Counted from the stretch's first letter, positions 48,191 through 61,640 are shown. The stretch: 64,000 nucleotides of DNA from Mobula hypostoma (GCF_963921235.1 NC_086106.1:34658001-34722000); one strand, 5' to 3'. Translations and numbers: made by a program. Notes: generated by a model from the sequence alone, not told the origin.

Positions 48191-49056
48191 ATCCCTCCCC
48201 CTTCAGGGTTCACCTATCTCTTTGTGTTTCTCTCCCCTCCCCCACCTTTAGAATCTACTCCTCAGCGTTTTTTTTTTCCCAGTCCTGCTGAAGAGTTTCA
48301 GGCCAAAACGTCGACCATACTCCTTTCTATAGATGCTGCTTGCCCTGCTGGGGTCGCTCCAGCATTTTATGTGTGTTGCAACGATAAGCGTATAATCTAT
48401 TGCCGAGATAATTCATTTTTCTCGTGATTTAGGGCAAGTTCTCCCTTGACCGTCCACAGTATTAGATGTTTGCTTCTTCTGCATTTCTACTAGGATGAAA
48501 GGTTTCGATCCTAACATAAAAAATTGGAATATTACTCCCGTTACCGTGATGATGTCATGGTACGGTCCATGACATCCGCATTCCGGTTCATGGTGCAGTC
48601 CATTGATCAGTATTCCAGGTTTTCCGGTTTTCCCTTGTCGTGTTGTGTGCCTTAATTGAGGCACATGATTCTGATTTTGGGCTGGCTACATATACAGCTC
48701 TTGGGTTCAGCTTTATTTGCTGGACTGTTCCCTTCCCTTCCTTTTGTATCCCTCGCCTGCTACCTTCGCCTGAAGCCTCGACTGCTACCATTCCTTGAAT
48801 CCACGCCTCCGTTAGGTAGGCCCGGCTGTTTGCCGCTACCTTGAGTTGGGAAATGTCTCTGTGCCCATGCCTTCGCTAGGTAGGTCCAGCCGTTTGCCTC
48901 TACCTTGAGTGAAGATCTGTCTCTCAGTGTTCTGTGTATGTGTCCCGGTCCTACGTCCTGCTCCCTAGCAGGGGTCCTGACGTTGTGTAGAGCCCCGGCC
49001 CCAAGACCTGTTCCCAAGGACGGCTCCCGGCTCTGTATTCCATGTTCCTGTTTCCA

Positions 49057-49405
49057 ACGACCAAGGCTTTGCGTTCCTGTTCTCTCACGGCCAATGCTCT
49101 GCGTTCCTGTTGTCTCACGACCAAGGCTCTGCGTTCCTGTTGTCTCATGACCAATGCTCTGCGTTCCTGTTCTCCCTCGACCAAGACTCTGCGTTCCTGT
49201 TGTCACTAGACCGAGGCTCTGCTTTCCTGTTGTCTCACGACCGAGGCTCTACGTTCCTGTTGTCTCTCCACCGATGCTCTGCGTTCCTGTTGTCTCTCGA
49301 CCGAGGCTCTGGTTTCCTGTTGTCTCATGACCAAGGCTCTGCGTTCCTGTCTCCCTCGACCAAGGCTCTGTGTTCCTGTCTCCCGCGACCAAGGCTCTGC
49401 GTTTC
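49057..49405. repeat. 30-bp minisatellite, about 12 degenerate copies
   Basis: Consensus TGTCTCACGACCAAGGCTCTGCGTTCCTGT, head to tail, no spacers. Confidence 0.95.
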
Positions 49406-49799
49406 GTTGGGTGTTCTTATTTTAACGGACCGATGTGCTCCACAGGGTCTCCTTTCACAGGTATTTTATCAAGCTGAAGGCCAGCACATTTCCATGACAA
49501 ATGCGAAAACTTTTGACATAAAATTGGACTACCAAAGTAAATAAATAACCAAGAAGTGTATACATTTACAGCTACATTGTTCTTCCAGTGTGAGCAAACA
49601 GACAGCTTTCGGGTTATGGTAATGCATTTTTCTGCCGACTGCGAGTGCAATATCATCTGGCCACTCCATAAGTACCGACTGTGATGAAAGGTCAACAGAG
49701 ATGGTTGGAGACTTCGTTTACAGCCGAGAAACATAATAGAATCTTTCTTTTACCGTTCTCAATGACAGCAAGATTATAGACCCAACCGTCTATGCCGGA

Positions 49800-50120
49800 G
49801 CACGAGAAAATCTGCAGATGCTGGAAATTCAAGCAACACACAATATGCTGGTGGAACGCAGCATCTAAAGGAAGAAATACAGTCGATGTTTCGGGTCGAG
49901 ACGCTTCGTCAGGACTAATGGAGAAAAGTAAGAGATTTGAAAGTGGGGTGGGGAGGGGGAGACCTGAAATAATAGGAGAAGACAGCAGGGGGAGGGATGA
50001 AGCCAAGAGCTGGGAAGTTGATTGGCAAAAGAGATAAGGCTGGAAAATGGGGAGTATCATAGGACCGACGGCCTTGGAAGAAAGAAAGGGGGAGGGGAGC
50101 ACCAGAGGAAGATGGAGAAT
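49800..50120 (-). mobile_element. Penelope pLTR fragment
   Basis: Same repeat as 11789-12100; variant hammerhead at 49881-49916. Confidence 0.8.
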
Positions 50121-51492
50121 CTATGCGGGATCACATTACGCATTGTAGCCTGGGCATACTGTAGAGATTGCGGTGAGGTAAGGCTGGAAGACCACAAGCC
50201 GGAAAGGATGACTGCGGCAGTGTGTTGACAGATGAGAGAAGGGAGACCGCTGGGGACCAAATTAGCCATTGTGGACAGATCGGTGAGAATGATTGTGATA
50301 GTGTTTCATCAGAAGAACATAGCGTCCCTCTACAGAGTAAGTAGTGCCGGAGACAGACGAGATAGAGATAATAAAAGATTGTAAAATACACCCAACAGCT
50401 AAAGACAATTGCTTTACTAACTTCATCGGCTGTCATTTTCAAGTTGCGATTTGCTTTTCACACCTGACGATTGTAAGGAACTCAGAAGTATGTAATTTAC
50501 CAAATGGTCAATATCGTTAACTGACAAGCCAATCTGTAACATAATAGCATTTTTCTGTTAAGACACTGTGGGGACAGGGGTCATGCTGTCTATTTGTGTA
50601 TAAGTAAACTAAATAATTTGAGTCGTAAGGCTGCGTGTGTTCTGCCTAGGCCCAGTGATGTTCGTTATTTTATTAACAGCAGTGACAGTTACTTGGAGGT
50701 TCTAGTGAGGCGGCTAATTCTACGGAAAAGTAAGTCAACCCCGGTAGCCGAACAATCTTAAATCCTAGGCTGCTTGTATTTAAGCAGAGGGCTGAGTCTA
50801 TTGCTGAAACGCACATTTTCCTCCAGTGTGAAATACTCAAGTCAAGCCAACAATTTAGCCGCCAACATACATAGACTGCAGCATTAAAAAAAAAACGATT
50901 TCCATGTTCAGGATATTGTCCCACATTAAGTTGCCGTGGAACGAGTTATACCCTGCACGAAGCAGCGGCAAACTCGGTGAGTATGTGGTTAAATTCCGAA
51001 ACGTGTGCGTCTTGATTGTGTGTGCGTGATGCGTGAATGGTAGCATGAAAATTCCCCTTTTCCGGACCTGTAAAGGACTCAGTACATGTTTGTACCAGAA
51101 GCCATTAGGTATGTTCCGAAGTGTATTATGTGGGTGGAGTGGACAAAGTGAGCCTACAGACGCCGGTAGGGAAAGGGAAATTTGGGACTATCAGGTGGCC
51201 TGTCATTGTTTAATGTAGATGTGAAATGCGAAAGACGTTAGGTGAATCATGTAAAAAAGTAAAGTGAGCAAAAGTTAAAGAAGGGAAAGGCAGAGAAAAA
51301 ACAGACAAAAGATAATAGTGTTTACCTCAGTGTTTCAAAAGAAATATTTAGAACAGAATCTGAGAATGGACTAGATGTTGTATCCCTTTTCTGCTTGGCT
51401 GCCAGTGACCAGTGGTGTTCTGCAGGGGTCAATGTGGGGACCACTTCTTTTTATGCTGTGCAGTATATAAATGTTTTAGATGATAGAATAAA

Positions 51493-53750
51493 AAACGACA
51501 GGAATTCAGCAGATGCTGGAAATTCAAGCAACACACATCAAAGTTGCTGGTGAACGCAGCAGACCAGGCAGCATCTCTAGGAAGAGGTACAGTCGACGTT
51601 TCAGGCCGAGACCCTTCGTCAGGACTAACTGAAGGAAGAGTGAGTAAGAGATTTGAAAGTGGGAGGGGGAGGGGGAGATCCAAAATGATAGGAGAAGACA
51701 GGAGGGGGAGGGATGGAGCCAAGAACTGGACAGTTGATTGGCACAGGAGATATGAGAGGATCATGGGACAGGAGGTCAGGAGAAAAAGACAAGCGGGGGA
51801 GGGGGACTCCCAGAGGATGGGCAAGGGGTATAGTGAGAGGGACAAAGGGAGAAAAAGGAGAGTGAGAGAAAGAATGTGTGTATATAAATAAATAATGGAT
51901 GGGGTACGAGGGGGAGGTGGGGCATTAGCAGAAGTTAGAGAAGTCAATCTTCATGCCATCAGGTTGGAGGCTACCCAGACGGAATATAAGGTGTTCCTCC
52001 AACCTGAATGTGGCTTCATCTTTACAGTAGAGGAGGCCATGGAAAGACATGTCAGAATGGGAATGGGATGTGGAATTAAAATATATGGCCACTAGGAGAT
52101 CCTGCTCCGCCTAGCGGAATTAGTCCTTACTCTTAATAATTTCTCCTTTGGCTCCTCCCACTTCCTCCAAACTAAAGGTGTTGGTATGGGCACCCGTATG
52201 GGTCCTAGCTATGCCTGCCTTTTTGTTGGCTTTGTGGAACAATCTATGTTCCGTGCCTATTCTGGTATCTGTCCCCCACTTTTCCTTCGCTACATCGATG
52301 ACTGCATTGGCACTGCTTCCTGCACGCATGCTGAGCTCGTTGACCTTATTAACTTTGTCTCCAACTTTCACCCTGCCCTTAAGTTTACCTAGTTCATTTC
52401 CGACACCTCCCTCCCCTTTCTAGATCTTTCTCTCTCTATCTCTGGAGACAGCTTATCCACTGGTGTCTACTATAAGCCTACTGACTCTCACAGCTATCTG
52501 GACTATTCCTCTTCTCACCCTGTCTCTTGCAAAAATGCCATCCCCTTCTCGCAATTCCTCCGTCTGCGCTGCATCTGCTCTCAGGATGAGGCTTTTCATT
52601 CCATGACGAGGGAGATGTCTTCCTTTTTTAAAGAAAGGGGCTTCCCTTCCTCCACCATCAACTCTGCTCTCAAACACATCTCCCCCATTTCGCGCACATC
52701 TGCTCTCACTCCATCCTCCCACCACCCCACTAGGAATAGGGCTCCTCCGGTCCTCACCTACCACCCTACCAGCCTCCGGGTCCAACATATTATTTTCCGT
52801 AACTTCCGCCACCTCCAACGGGATCCCACCACTAAGCACATCTTTCCCTCCCCTACCTCTCTGCTTTCCACAGGGATCACTCCCTACGCGACACCCTTGT
52901 CCATTTGTCCCCCGCATCCCTCCCCACTGATCTCCCTCCTGGCACTTATCCTTGTAAGCGGAACAAGTGCTACACATACCCTTACACTTCCTCCCTTACC
53001 ACCACTCAGGGCCCCAGACAGTCCTTCCAGGTGAGGCATCACTTCACCTGTGAGTTGGCTGGGGTGAAATACTGCATCCGGTGCTCCCGATGTGGCCTTC
53101 TATATGTTGGCAGGACCCGATGCGGACTGGGAGACTGCTTTGCTGAACACCTAAGCTCTGTCCGCCAGAGAAAGCATGATCCCCCAGTGGCCACATATTT
53201 TAATTCCACATCCCATTCCCATTCTGACATGTCTATCCACGGCCTCCTCTACTGTAAAGATGAAGCCACACTCAGGTTGGAGGAACAACACCATATATTC
53301 TGTCTGGGTAGCCTCCAACCTGATGGCATGAACATTGACTTCTCTAACTTCCGCTAATGCCCCACCTCCCCCTCGTACCCCATCCGTTATTTATTTTTAT
53401 ACACACATTCTTTCTCTTTCTCTCTTTTTTCTCCCTCTGTCCCTCTGACTATACCCCTTGCCCATCCTCTGTGTTCCACCCCCCCCTTATCTTTTTCCCC
53501 GGACGTCCTGTCCCATGATCCTCTCGTATCCCCGTTGCCAATCACCTGTCCAGCTCTTGGCTCCACCTCCCCCCCTCCTGTCTTCTCCTATCATTTTGGA
53601 TCTCCCCCTCCCCCTCCCACTTACAAATCTCTTACTAACTCTTCCTTCAGTTAGTCCTGACGAACTGTCTCTGCCTGAAACGTCCACTGTACCTCTTCCT
53701 AGAGATGCTGCCTGGCCTGCTGCGTTCACCAGCAACTTTGATGTGTGTTG
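51493..53750. mobile_element. Penelope-like element with inverted 5' arm (about 51493-52105, minus) and direct arm (about 52106-53750, plus)
   Basis: GMGTRMGPSYA and RYIDD RT motifs, GIY-YIG region; 17-bp TSD TTAGATGAT(A/G)GAATAAA at 51476-51492 and 53751-53767 inside a CR1. Confidence 0.9.
51591..51626 (-). ncRNA. Minimal hammerhead ribozyme motif
   Basis: Identical to the motif at 11849-11884. Confidence 0.7.
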
Positions 53751-54530
53751 TTAGATGATGGAATAAATGTTTTTGCAGATGATATGAAGGTTAGGGGAAA
53801 AGCACGTAGTGTTGAGGAAACAGGTAAGATGCAGACAGATTTTTACAGATTAGGAGAATGGGCAAGAAAGTGGCAAATGAAATACAATGCTGGAAAAACC
53901 ATGGTCATGTACTCTGGTAGTAGAAATAAATGTGCGGACTATTTTCTAAACAGGGAGAAAATCCAGGAAACATGAGTATTGTGAACAGTTTTTGTCTCCT
54001 CAGCTTAGAAAAGATGGGCTGCCCTTGGAGATGGTCCAGAGGAGGTTCACAAGGATGATTCCAGGAATGAAAGGGTTATCTTACAAGGAACATTTGATGG
54101 CTCTGGGTCTGTACTTGCTGGAATTCAGAATGATGAGGGGGAATCTCATTGAAACCTTTCAAATGTTGAAAGGCCTAGACAGAGTAGATGCAGAAACAAT
54201 GTTTCCCATAGTCAGAGAGTCCAGGACAAGAGGGCACAGCCTCAGGATAGAGTGGAACCCTTTCAAAACAGAAATGTGGGGTAATTTCTTTAGCCAAAAG
54301 GTGGTGAACTCATGGAATTTGTTGCCATGTGCAGCTATGGAGGCCAGGTTGTTGGGTGTATTTAAGGCAGAGATTGATAGGCTCTTGATTGGACATGGCA
54401 TCAAAGGTTACGGGGAGAAGGCCAGGAACTGGAGTTGAGGATGCGGTCAAAAAAAGGATCAACCGTCATTGCATGGTGGAGCAGACTCGATGGGCCAAAT
54501 GGCCCAAGTCTGCTCCTATGTTTTAAGGTC
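53751..54530 (+). mobile_element. CR1 3' fragment (continues the piece at about 51370-51492)
   Basis: FADD, LEMVQRRFTRMIPG...LGLYLLEFR motifs and CR1-type 3' end. Confidence 0.85.
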
Positions 54531-54799
54531 TAATTCATATAAAGTATGGCTCATGTGACACACCAGACACTTCAAATAATACCATTCTCAATATATGGGG
54601 TTTGCAGTTCTTTGATTCAACAAATATGAAAATAGGATGGTGGACACAGCAGGAGTATACATGGGGATGTCCATCAAGTGTACGTGTTTACTTGCGAAGA
54701 GCCTGCCTACTGGTATTGAAGATGCCCCCTGGCCAAGTCAACTTTGGTAACAGTTCCTACCTCCACCGCCACCAGCACCATGGACAATGCAGTTTACTT

Positions 54800-55520
54800 T
54801 AAATAAAAACACAAGAGATTCTGCAGATGCTGGAAACCCGAAGGAACACACAGAAAATGCTGGAAAGATCTCAGCAGGTCAGGCAGCATTTATGCAAATG
54901 AATAAACAGTTGATGTTTTCAACCGAAACCCTCTTCAGGACTGTAAACAAAGGGGGAAGACACCAGAATAATAAAAAAGTGGGGAGGGAGAGGGAAAGGT
55001 GGACTAGCTGTGAGGTGGTATGTGAAGCAAGGTGGATGGGAAAAGTAAAGCAGTGGAGAAGAAATCTGATAGGAGAGGAGAGGGAACCAAGGGAGAAAGG
55101 GGAGGAGGAAGAGCATGGAGGGGGGGGGGAGAAGAGGTAAGAAGCTTCTTAGAAGGAATGGAAGGATAGGGGGTGGGAAAAGCACAATAAGAAGAAATTG
55201 ATCTAAAGGCAATCAGGTTAGAGGCCACCTAGATGAAATATGAGGTGTTGCCCCTCCACTCAGAGAGTGGTCTTCTCATGGAAAAAGAAGAGACATGTCT
55301 GTACGGAAATGGGGATAAGAATTAAAATGATTGTCCACTGGTAAATTCTGCTTTTGGCTAATGGAGTGGTGGTGCTCAAAAATATGGTCCACCAATTTAC
55401 ATTAGGCCTCATCAGTGTAAGGCACAACAAATTCGTAGTTGAAATGTTGCCTGACCTGAAAGGACTGTTTAGGGTCATGAATGGAGATAAGGGAGGAGAT
55501 AAATGGGGAGTTGTAGCGTT
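54800..55520 (-). mobile_element. Old Penelope-like remnant
   Basis: Degenerate pLTR and GIY-YIG 3' sequence. Confidence 0.6.
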
Positions 55521-56112
55521 TCTGTATTTACATTAAATAACCGTTCCCGAACTGTACTTAAGATTTTATGATTTTAATTCTGACCATTGTGAAATGCCAT
55601 CTGACGGAAGCCGGCCCCTAATTTTTCTGTCATGTTTTTTTTTTCCTCCCGGTATGATACATGAAATCTTCTAGTCTATATCTAGTGTGTGTACATCATA
55701 CAATATCTTAAGCAGCACAGCTACCTTCACTCCTGTTTGCTCAAGCAGATAAAACCTTTTTGCCTTAAAAAAGCCTGCATCTTTGCAGCCGGTGCGCTAA
55801 ATTACAGTATGCCTTTGGAGTAGTTCATGACAATGGGTAATTATGGAATCTACATTTGTTTCCCACCTCCAGAGCTCCAATTAAGTATGGTCAATGAAGT
55901 ATGAACTTCTTGCTCTTTTCCAACCACTTATCGCAATTGATATTTTCAACTATGCGGCTCATACTAAATAACTCAAGGGAATAAAAGAGATAACTTCTTT
56001 GCAAAGGCAACAGCTCTACTTTAAGCCCATGTCACATTCTAGTGTGATCAGGTTGCCAATACTTTACAAATTCTTTTCACAAACTAATACAATTATGGGT
56101 GGAGGTGTGGAG

Positions 56113-56870
56113 GTGTAAGGCACCCTTTCCCTCCAGGCTGCCATGGCCTGGAACCTTGGTATTAGGCTACAACACTCTACGGCATATCACCCACAGTCCA
56201 ATGGCCTATGCAAGTGGTTTCACCACTCCTTAAAGGCTGCTCGGAGGGCTTCCCTGACTGATGAGTGTCAGCATGATTGTCTCCTGTGTGTCCTGCTGGG
56301 GCTCAGAGCAGTTCCAAAAGAGAACCTCCAGTCATTGGTGGTTGAGTTAGTATTTGGGCAGCCATTACAAGTGCCAAGTGATTTCATTCCTAATGCCATG
56401 ACTATCTTGTTGGCATCTCAACAGCATTCTACCCAGCTGAATAAATTCAATTCCTTTTCACATATTCCTATCTCCCATCACGGCGTACAGCACTCTTGGG
56501 TTCCTGTTGACCTACATTCCACCTTGTTTGCTTTTGTCTGGCATAATACATGCCAAAAACCCCTTAGGACCCCTTATGATGGCCTGTTCTGCATTTTGAA
56601 ACAGGGAGAATAGATAAGACGAGTAAACATGAAAGTATTTTGGTAGATTTTCTTAAACTGGCCCAACAAAATTTGGAGGATTCTGCTACCATGCCCCTGG
56701 TGTCATTACATGACAATGAGCATGTCAATGCACCTCTGGACAAGCCAGAGGCAGCTTCTGTTACTCCACCCATGGAACACAGGACCCAAGCCAGGCAGCT
56801 TGTCCGAGCACCAGACTGACACACAATGCTGGTTTCAGTGAATTCTGGGGGCGGGTGGGCGGGGGCAGGG
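56113..56870 (+). mobile_element. Gypsy integrase C-terminal remnant
   Basis: STAYHPQSNGLC...LLGLRAVPKE...ELVFGQPL...KPLRTPYDG followed by a G-rich PPT-like tract. Confidence 0.8.
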
Positions 56871-57589
56871 TCACCTCGGTAGGGTAACATAATTGTGGAA
56901 GTATACATAATTCAGAATGACGTGCATTGATTTGGGGTTTCACTTTAAGATATGATGTAATTACATTAAGTTTTTGCTGCACTGTGTTCTGTGTTTGGAG
57001 TACAATGAAAGAGTTGCTACAGCTTTTCTTAAACATAAAGTAACTCCGTATTCTTATTTGTGAAAACCTACAATACACTTATTATTATGCTTGGTTATTT
57101 CCATGGTTAAAAGCATTTCCAACTCAGAGAAATTATGGCATAACTGTTGTTAATTTTTGTTATGAGAATTTATTCCTTGGTTTTGTATCCCCAAGAAAAT
57201 TTTAAGTGACAATTGTCCTCACTTTATGTGTAAACTTATCTGAGATGCTGAAAGCGTTGTAGTGTAAGAATAATTTCACCAGCCCCTACCACCCTTAGAA
57301 ATTACGGGGCAGCTAAAAGACTGAATGGTCATGAAATGCAGGTTTACTAAATTGTCTAATGAGACTCAGATAAAGCGGTCAGGTGTGCTTCCAGTAGCCT
57401 TTATGTTAATGTGCTGCAGTTCAAGTTACATAACAGGCTTATCTCCACATGAAAGAGTTTTGGGAGGTACCATGTGCTTGCCAGTCATCCATTTTTTTTA
57501 TTTAAACCGATGAGCATCCATACTATGAGTGAACTGTGATATCACTCTAACACAAACTCTTAAATCTCCACATCAACAGGTAACTGAAA

Positions 57590-58640
57590 CCCAGTGCTGT
57601 CAATGGAAAATTTGAATATGGTTTTGGAGCTGTGCTTAGCCAAATAGTCAGGTGTAAAGCGAGTAGAGTGAGGGGCTAAGCACACAGCCATGTGGTGCAC
57701 CTATGCTGAAAGAGATCATGGAGGAGATGTTTTTGTCAATCTGTACTGACTGGGGTCTGTGAGTGAGGGAATCCAGGATCCAATTGCACAAGTAGGTATT
57801 GTGGTCTAGGTCTTTGAGTTTATTCATTAGTTTTGAGGGATGATGGTAATAAAAACTGATCTATAATCAATAAGCAACTTTCTGCTGTATGCATCTTTGT
57901 TGTCCAGATGTTCTAGGGTTATGTGAAGATCCAATGAGATCACATCAGCTGTGGACCTATTGGTCAGGTACACAAATTAGAGTGGATTTGTCGCCAATGA
58001 GGTAGGAGCTGGATGCACCATGGATGTAAGTGCAACCAGACAATAGCCACTGAGGCGGGTCACCATGCTCTTCTTGGGCACCAATATGATTGAAACCTGC
58101 TTGAAGCAGGTGGGTACTACACACTACCAAAGTGAGAGGTCAAAGATATCACTGAACACACCAACCAGTTGGTCAGCACAGGTCATAGTACTCCAATGCT
58201 TTCAGTGAATTCGCCCTCCTGAAGGCAGCCCACACTAGTTTCAGAAACTGTGATCAAAGGATCATCAGGAGATGTGGTGGGTTACAATGGTTCCTCCATA
58301 TCCTGATGGCCAAAATGAGCATAGAAGGGATTGAACTCATCTGGAAGCAGAACCCTGCTGTCCCCCACATAGCTTGATTTAACTTTGTAGAAGATTACTA
58401 CATTCAAAGCCTGCCACATCTGTCGAGCATCCTTCATTGTTTACAGGTTGGTCCAGAATCCCCTCTTCGCCCCTGAGATGGCCTTCTGGAGATCATACCT
58501 GCACTTTGTGTAGTATTCCTGGTTTCCTGACTTGAATGCCTCTGATCTGGCCCTCAGCAAATGTTGGATTTCTTGGTTCATCCAGGGCTTCTTAATGGAG
58601 AAGACTCTGAACGATTTCCTGGGAACAGTCTCATCCAGAG
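57590..58640 (-). mobile_element. Rex1/Babar-like RT remnant
   Basis: Reverse complement parallels 61650-62100 and its upstream linker. Confidence 0.6.
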
Positions 58641-58999
58641 CTGTTTTAGTAAAGTCTGTATAACCCTGGCTGGTAATCTTTGATATGACTGTTAGTTAAT
58701 ACCATTATGACAGTAAAATAGGGTGATAGAATTATCGAACACTACAGCACAGAAACAGGCCCTTTGGCCCTTCTGGTAATGGCAACCTGTTATTCTGCCT
58801 CTGGATAAAGGCAATAAGCAGGAAAGGTGTAGGTGAAGTAACTTTTTTGGAGTCTTCTTCCTAACTATATTGTAGAAAAATGAACAACCACCAGTGAGTT
58901 AAGTGTAAGATCATATGGCAACATTACCAGCTCAGGCAATGGCCTCTATTAGACAGTTACTGTGAATGCTGATTCAGTGACACGAGTAACCATGAAGAT

Positions 59000-59290
59000 A
59001 TGAGCATAAGACCATAAGGTATAGGAGCAGAATTAGTCCATTTGGCCCATCAAGTCTGCTCCAGCTCTCAGCACCAATCTCCTGCCTTTCCCCAGTATCC
59101 CTTTATGTCCTCACCAATCAAGAATATATCAACCTCTGCCTTAAATATAACGAACAACTTGGCCTCTATAGCTGCCTGTAGCAACGAATTCCACAGATTT
59201 GCCACTCTCTGGCTGAGGAAATTCTTCCACAACTCCATAGGAAACATCCTCTCCATTTCCAATCTATCAAGGCCTTTCCACATTCAATGA
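59000..59290 (-). mobile_element. CR1 3' end fragment
   Basis: ELWKNFLSQRVANLWNSL motif and ATAAG-type tail. Confidence 0.75.
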
Positions 59291-59329
59291 ATTGGACAGT
59301 GACTGATCACCGCACGGGAGCATGAGAAG

Positions 59330-61640
59330 AGAATTACCTTTTCACTAAGGTTTACACTGTGGATTAAAAAGACAGAACTTTGCGGCAGTTTTTTGGAGTT
59401 GGACTGTGACCAATCACTGAACAGGACTCTTTAGAAAGGGCAAATAAAAGAAATGCAGGCACAAGCGGAGGTATCTTTGTTGTGAGTGGATCAGTGTTTG
59501 GAGTGCCTTTGGCTCATCAGGCTTGTGTGAGGTAAGTTTCTCTATTTCTTCTTAGTTCTTCGTTCCTTGCCTGTTAGGGCACAGTTAGTGCAGTGAGAAT
59601 GCCTCTGGGAATCATCTTTTGTTCTGTATGTGAAATGTGGGTATTTTAGGAGACATCCAGCCTCCAGAATAACCACATTGCTGCTGGTGCACTGAGCTAC
59701 AGCTCCTCAGGGAACATATTAAGGAACTGGAGCTGCAGCTTGGTGACCTTTGGCTCATACAGAAAATGAGGAGGTGATAGATAAGAGCTACAGGGAGTTA
59801 GTTACCCCTAGGATGCAGGGGGCAGGTCTGATAAGTGGGTGACTATTAGGAGAAGAAATGGAAATGGGCAACCAGTACACAGTACACCTGTGGCCATACC
59901 CCTCAATAATGAATTCACTTTGGAAACTCTTGAGGGTGATGACCTGCCCGGGGGAGCTGCAGTGACCATGTCTCTGGGTGCTGTGGCTCAGAAGAGAGGT
60001 AAAGAGGACTTCTGTGTTGATAGTAGATACCACTCTTAGGCAAACAGAGATGAGATTCTGTGGACGTGATAGACACCTGGATGGTAAGTTGTCTCTGAGG
60101 TGCCAGGTTCCGGGATGTCTCGAATTGGGGGTAGCCAGAAGAGTTGGGTACACATTGACACCAACGACATAGGTAGGAATGGTAATGAGGTCCTGAAGAA
60201 AGATTTTAGGAAGGTAGGTAGAAAGGGCAAAATAAAGATCTTCAGTTTGTATGTAATGGGTTTCTTCGTTTATGTTACTGCTAAGGCTAATAAAATGGCT
60301 TCTCTGTAATGTTAACTGCTGAGTTAACGGCAGCAGCTTGTTTGGGTTGTAGTTACTGATAACAAGAATTGTATTCATTTGCTAACCAGTTAGGAGAGAT
60401 GTTATTCTTTCTTGTGTATCTGTAAGCTATTGTTTTCATAGTTTTTGGACAGAAGGCTCGATGGGGACAGAGAGAGGAGACGCGATGCTGTAAGCTGGGT
60501 GATGGAACGGACCCCTAACGGGAGACCAAGGCTCACGGTCTTCGGCGAGGAGAGAAGATGAGGACAGGTTCGTGTGGAGCGTTTGGTCGACCACCGAGGG
60601 TGGTCCCATTCGAGGGTCGGCGGAGTTCGGAGGACGTCGACTGGAGGAAAGGGAGACCTGGTTCTGTAAGAGCTCCAACGAATTATTTGTGCACAAAACA
60701 GATAGAGTTACTGACTTGGCACCTTTATTGTATTTGTTTCTACTAACCCATCAGCAAGAAATACTTATAAAGTGTAATCATTTAATCGCATATGTTGCAC
60801 TGTCTGTTATTTGACGGAAGTGAGCTGAGCGAGCCTTAGGCTTACCAGGAGGCCACATGTAATATCTGGGTTGCTGCCTATGCCATGTACCAGTGAGGGT
60901 AAGATTAGGATGAATTGGCAGATGAACGCATGGCTGAGGAACTGGTGCAGGGGGCAGGGATCCAGATTTTTGGATCATTGGGATATTTTCTGGGGAATGT
61001 ACAGCCTGTAGAAAAGGGATGGGTTTCACCTGGACCCAAGGGGAATCTATATCCTTGTGGGATGGTTTTCTAGAGCCGTTCAGGACAGTTTAAATTAATT
61101 TGGCAGGGCCATAGGAAATAGAGTGATAGTATTGAAGATGAGGTAGTTGGTAGGCAGTGTGCAGTGAGACTACTAGCAAGGGAAAGCTGATGATTTGGCA
61201 AATATGAGTTGACTAGATGAATTGAAATGTAAAAGATGGAGTAAATCAAAAAAACATGAATACAGGGCTGAAGGTGTAATATTTGAAAGTGTGCTGTAAA
61301 CAGAATAAGGCAGATAAATTTGTAGCACAGTTACAGATTAGCAAATATAATGTTGTGGTTGTCACTGAATCATGGTTGAAAGAAGATTATAACTGGGAGC
61401 TTAAACTGCAAGGATATGCATTCTATCTTAAGAACAGGCAGGTAGGCAGAGTGGGTTGGTGAAAAATGAAATCAAATCTTTAGAAAGAGGTTACATCAGG
61501 TCAGAAGGTATTAAATTGTTGTGGGTAGAACTAAAGAACTGCAAAGATAAAAAAAAAAAGTACCCGGTGAGTGTTATATTCAGGCCCCCAAACAGTATGA
61601 AAGATGTGGTCACTAAATTACAAATGGAGATAGAAAATGC
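59330..61640 (+). mobile_element. Decayed CR1 5' region (ORF1 zinc finger/esterase, start of APE), interrupted at about 60250-60820 by an unrelated repeat
   Basis: CSVCEMW-like motif, HIDTNDIGR, WLRNWCRGQG, LLWVELKN...VIFRPPN motifs. Confidence 0.7.

Noticed and set aside
49057-49405. CRISPR-like array or repeat-protein gene (ORFs 48760-49206, 49110-49544)
   Set aside because: Units are contiguous with no spacers, the context is eukaryotic, and the open frames follow from the 30-nt period
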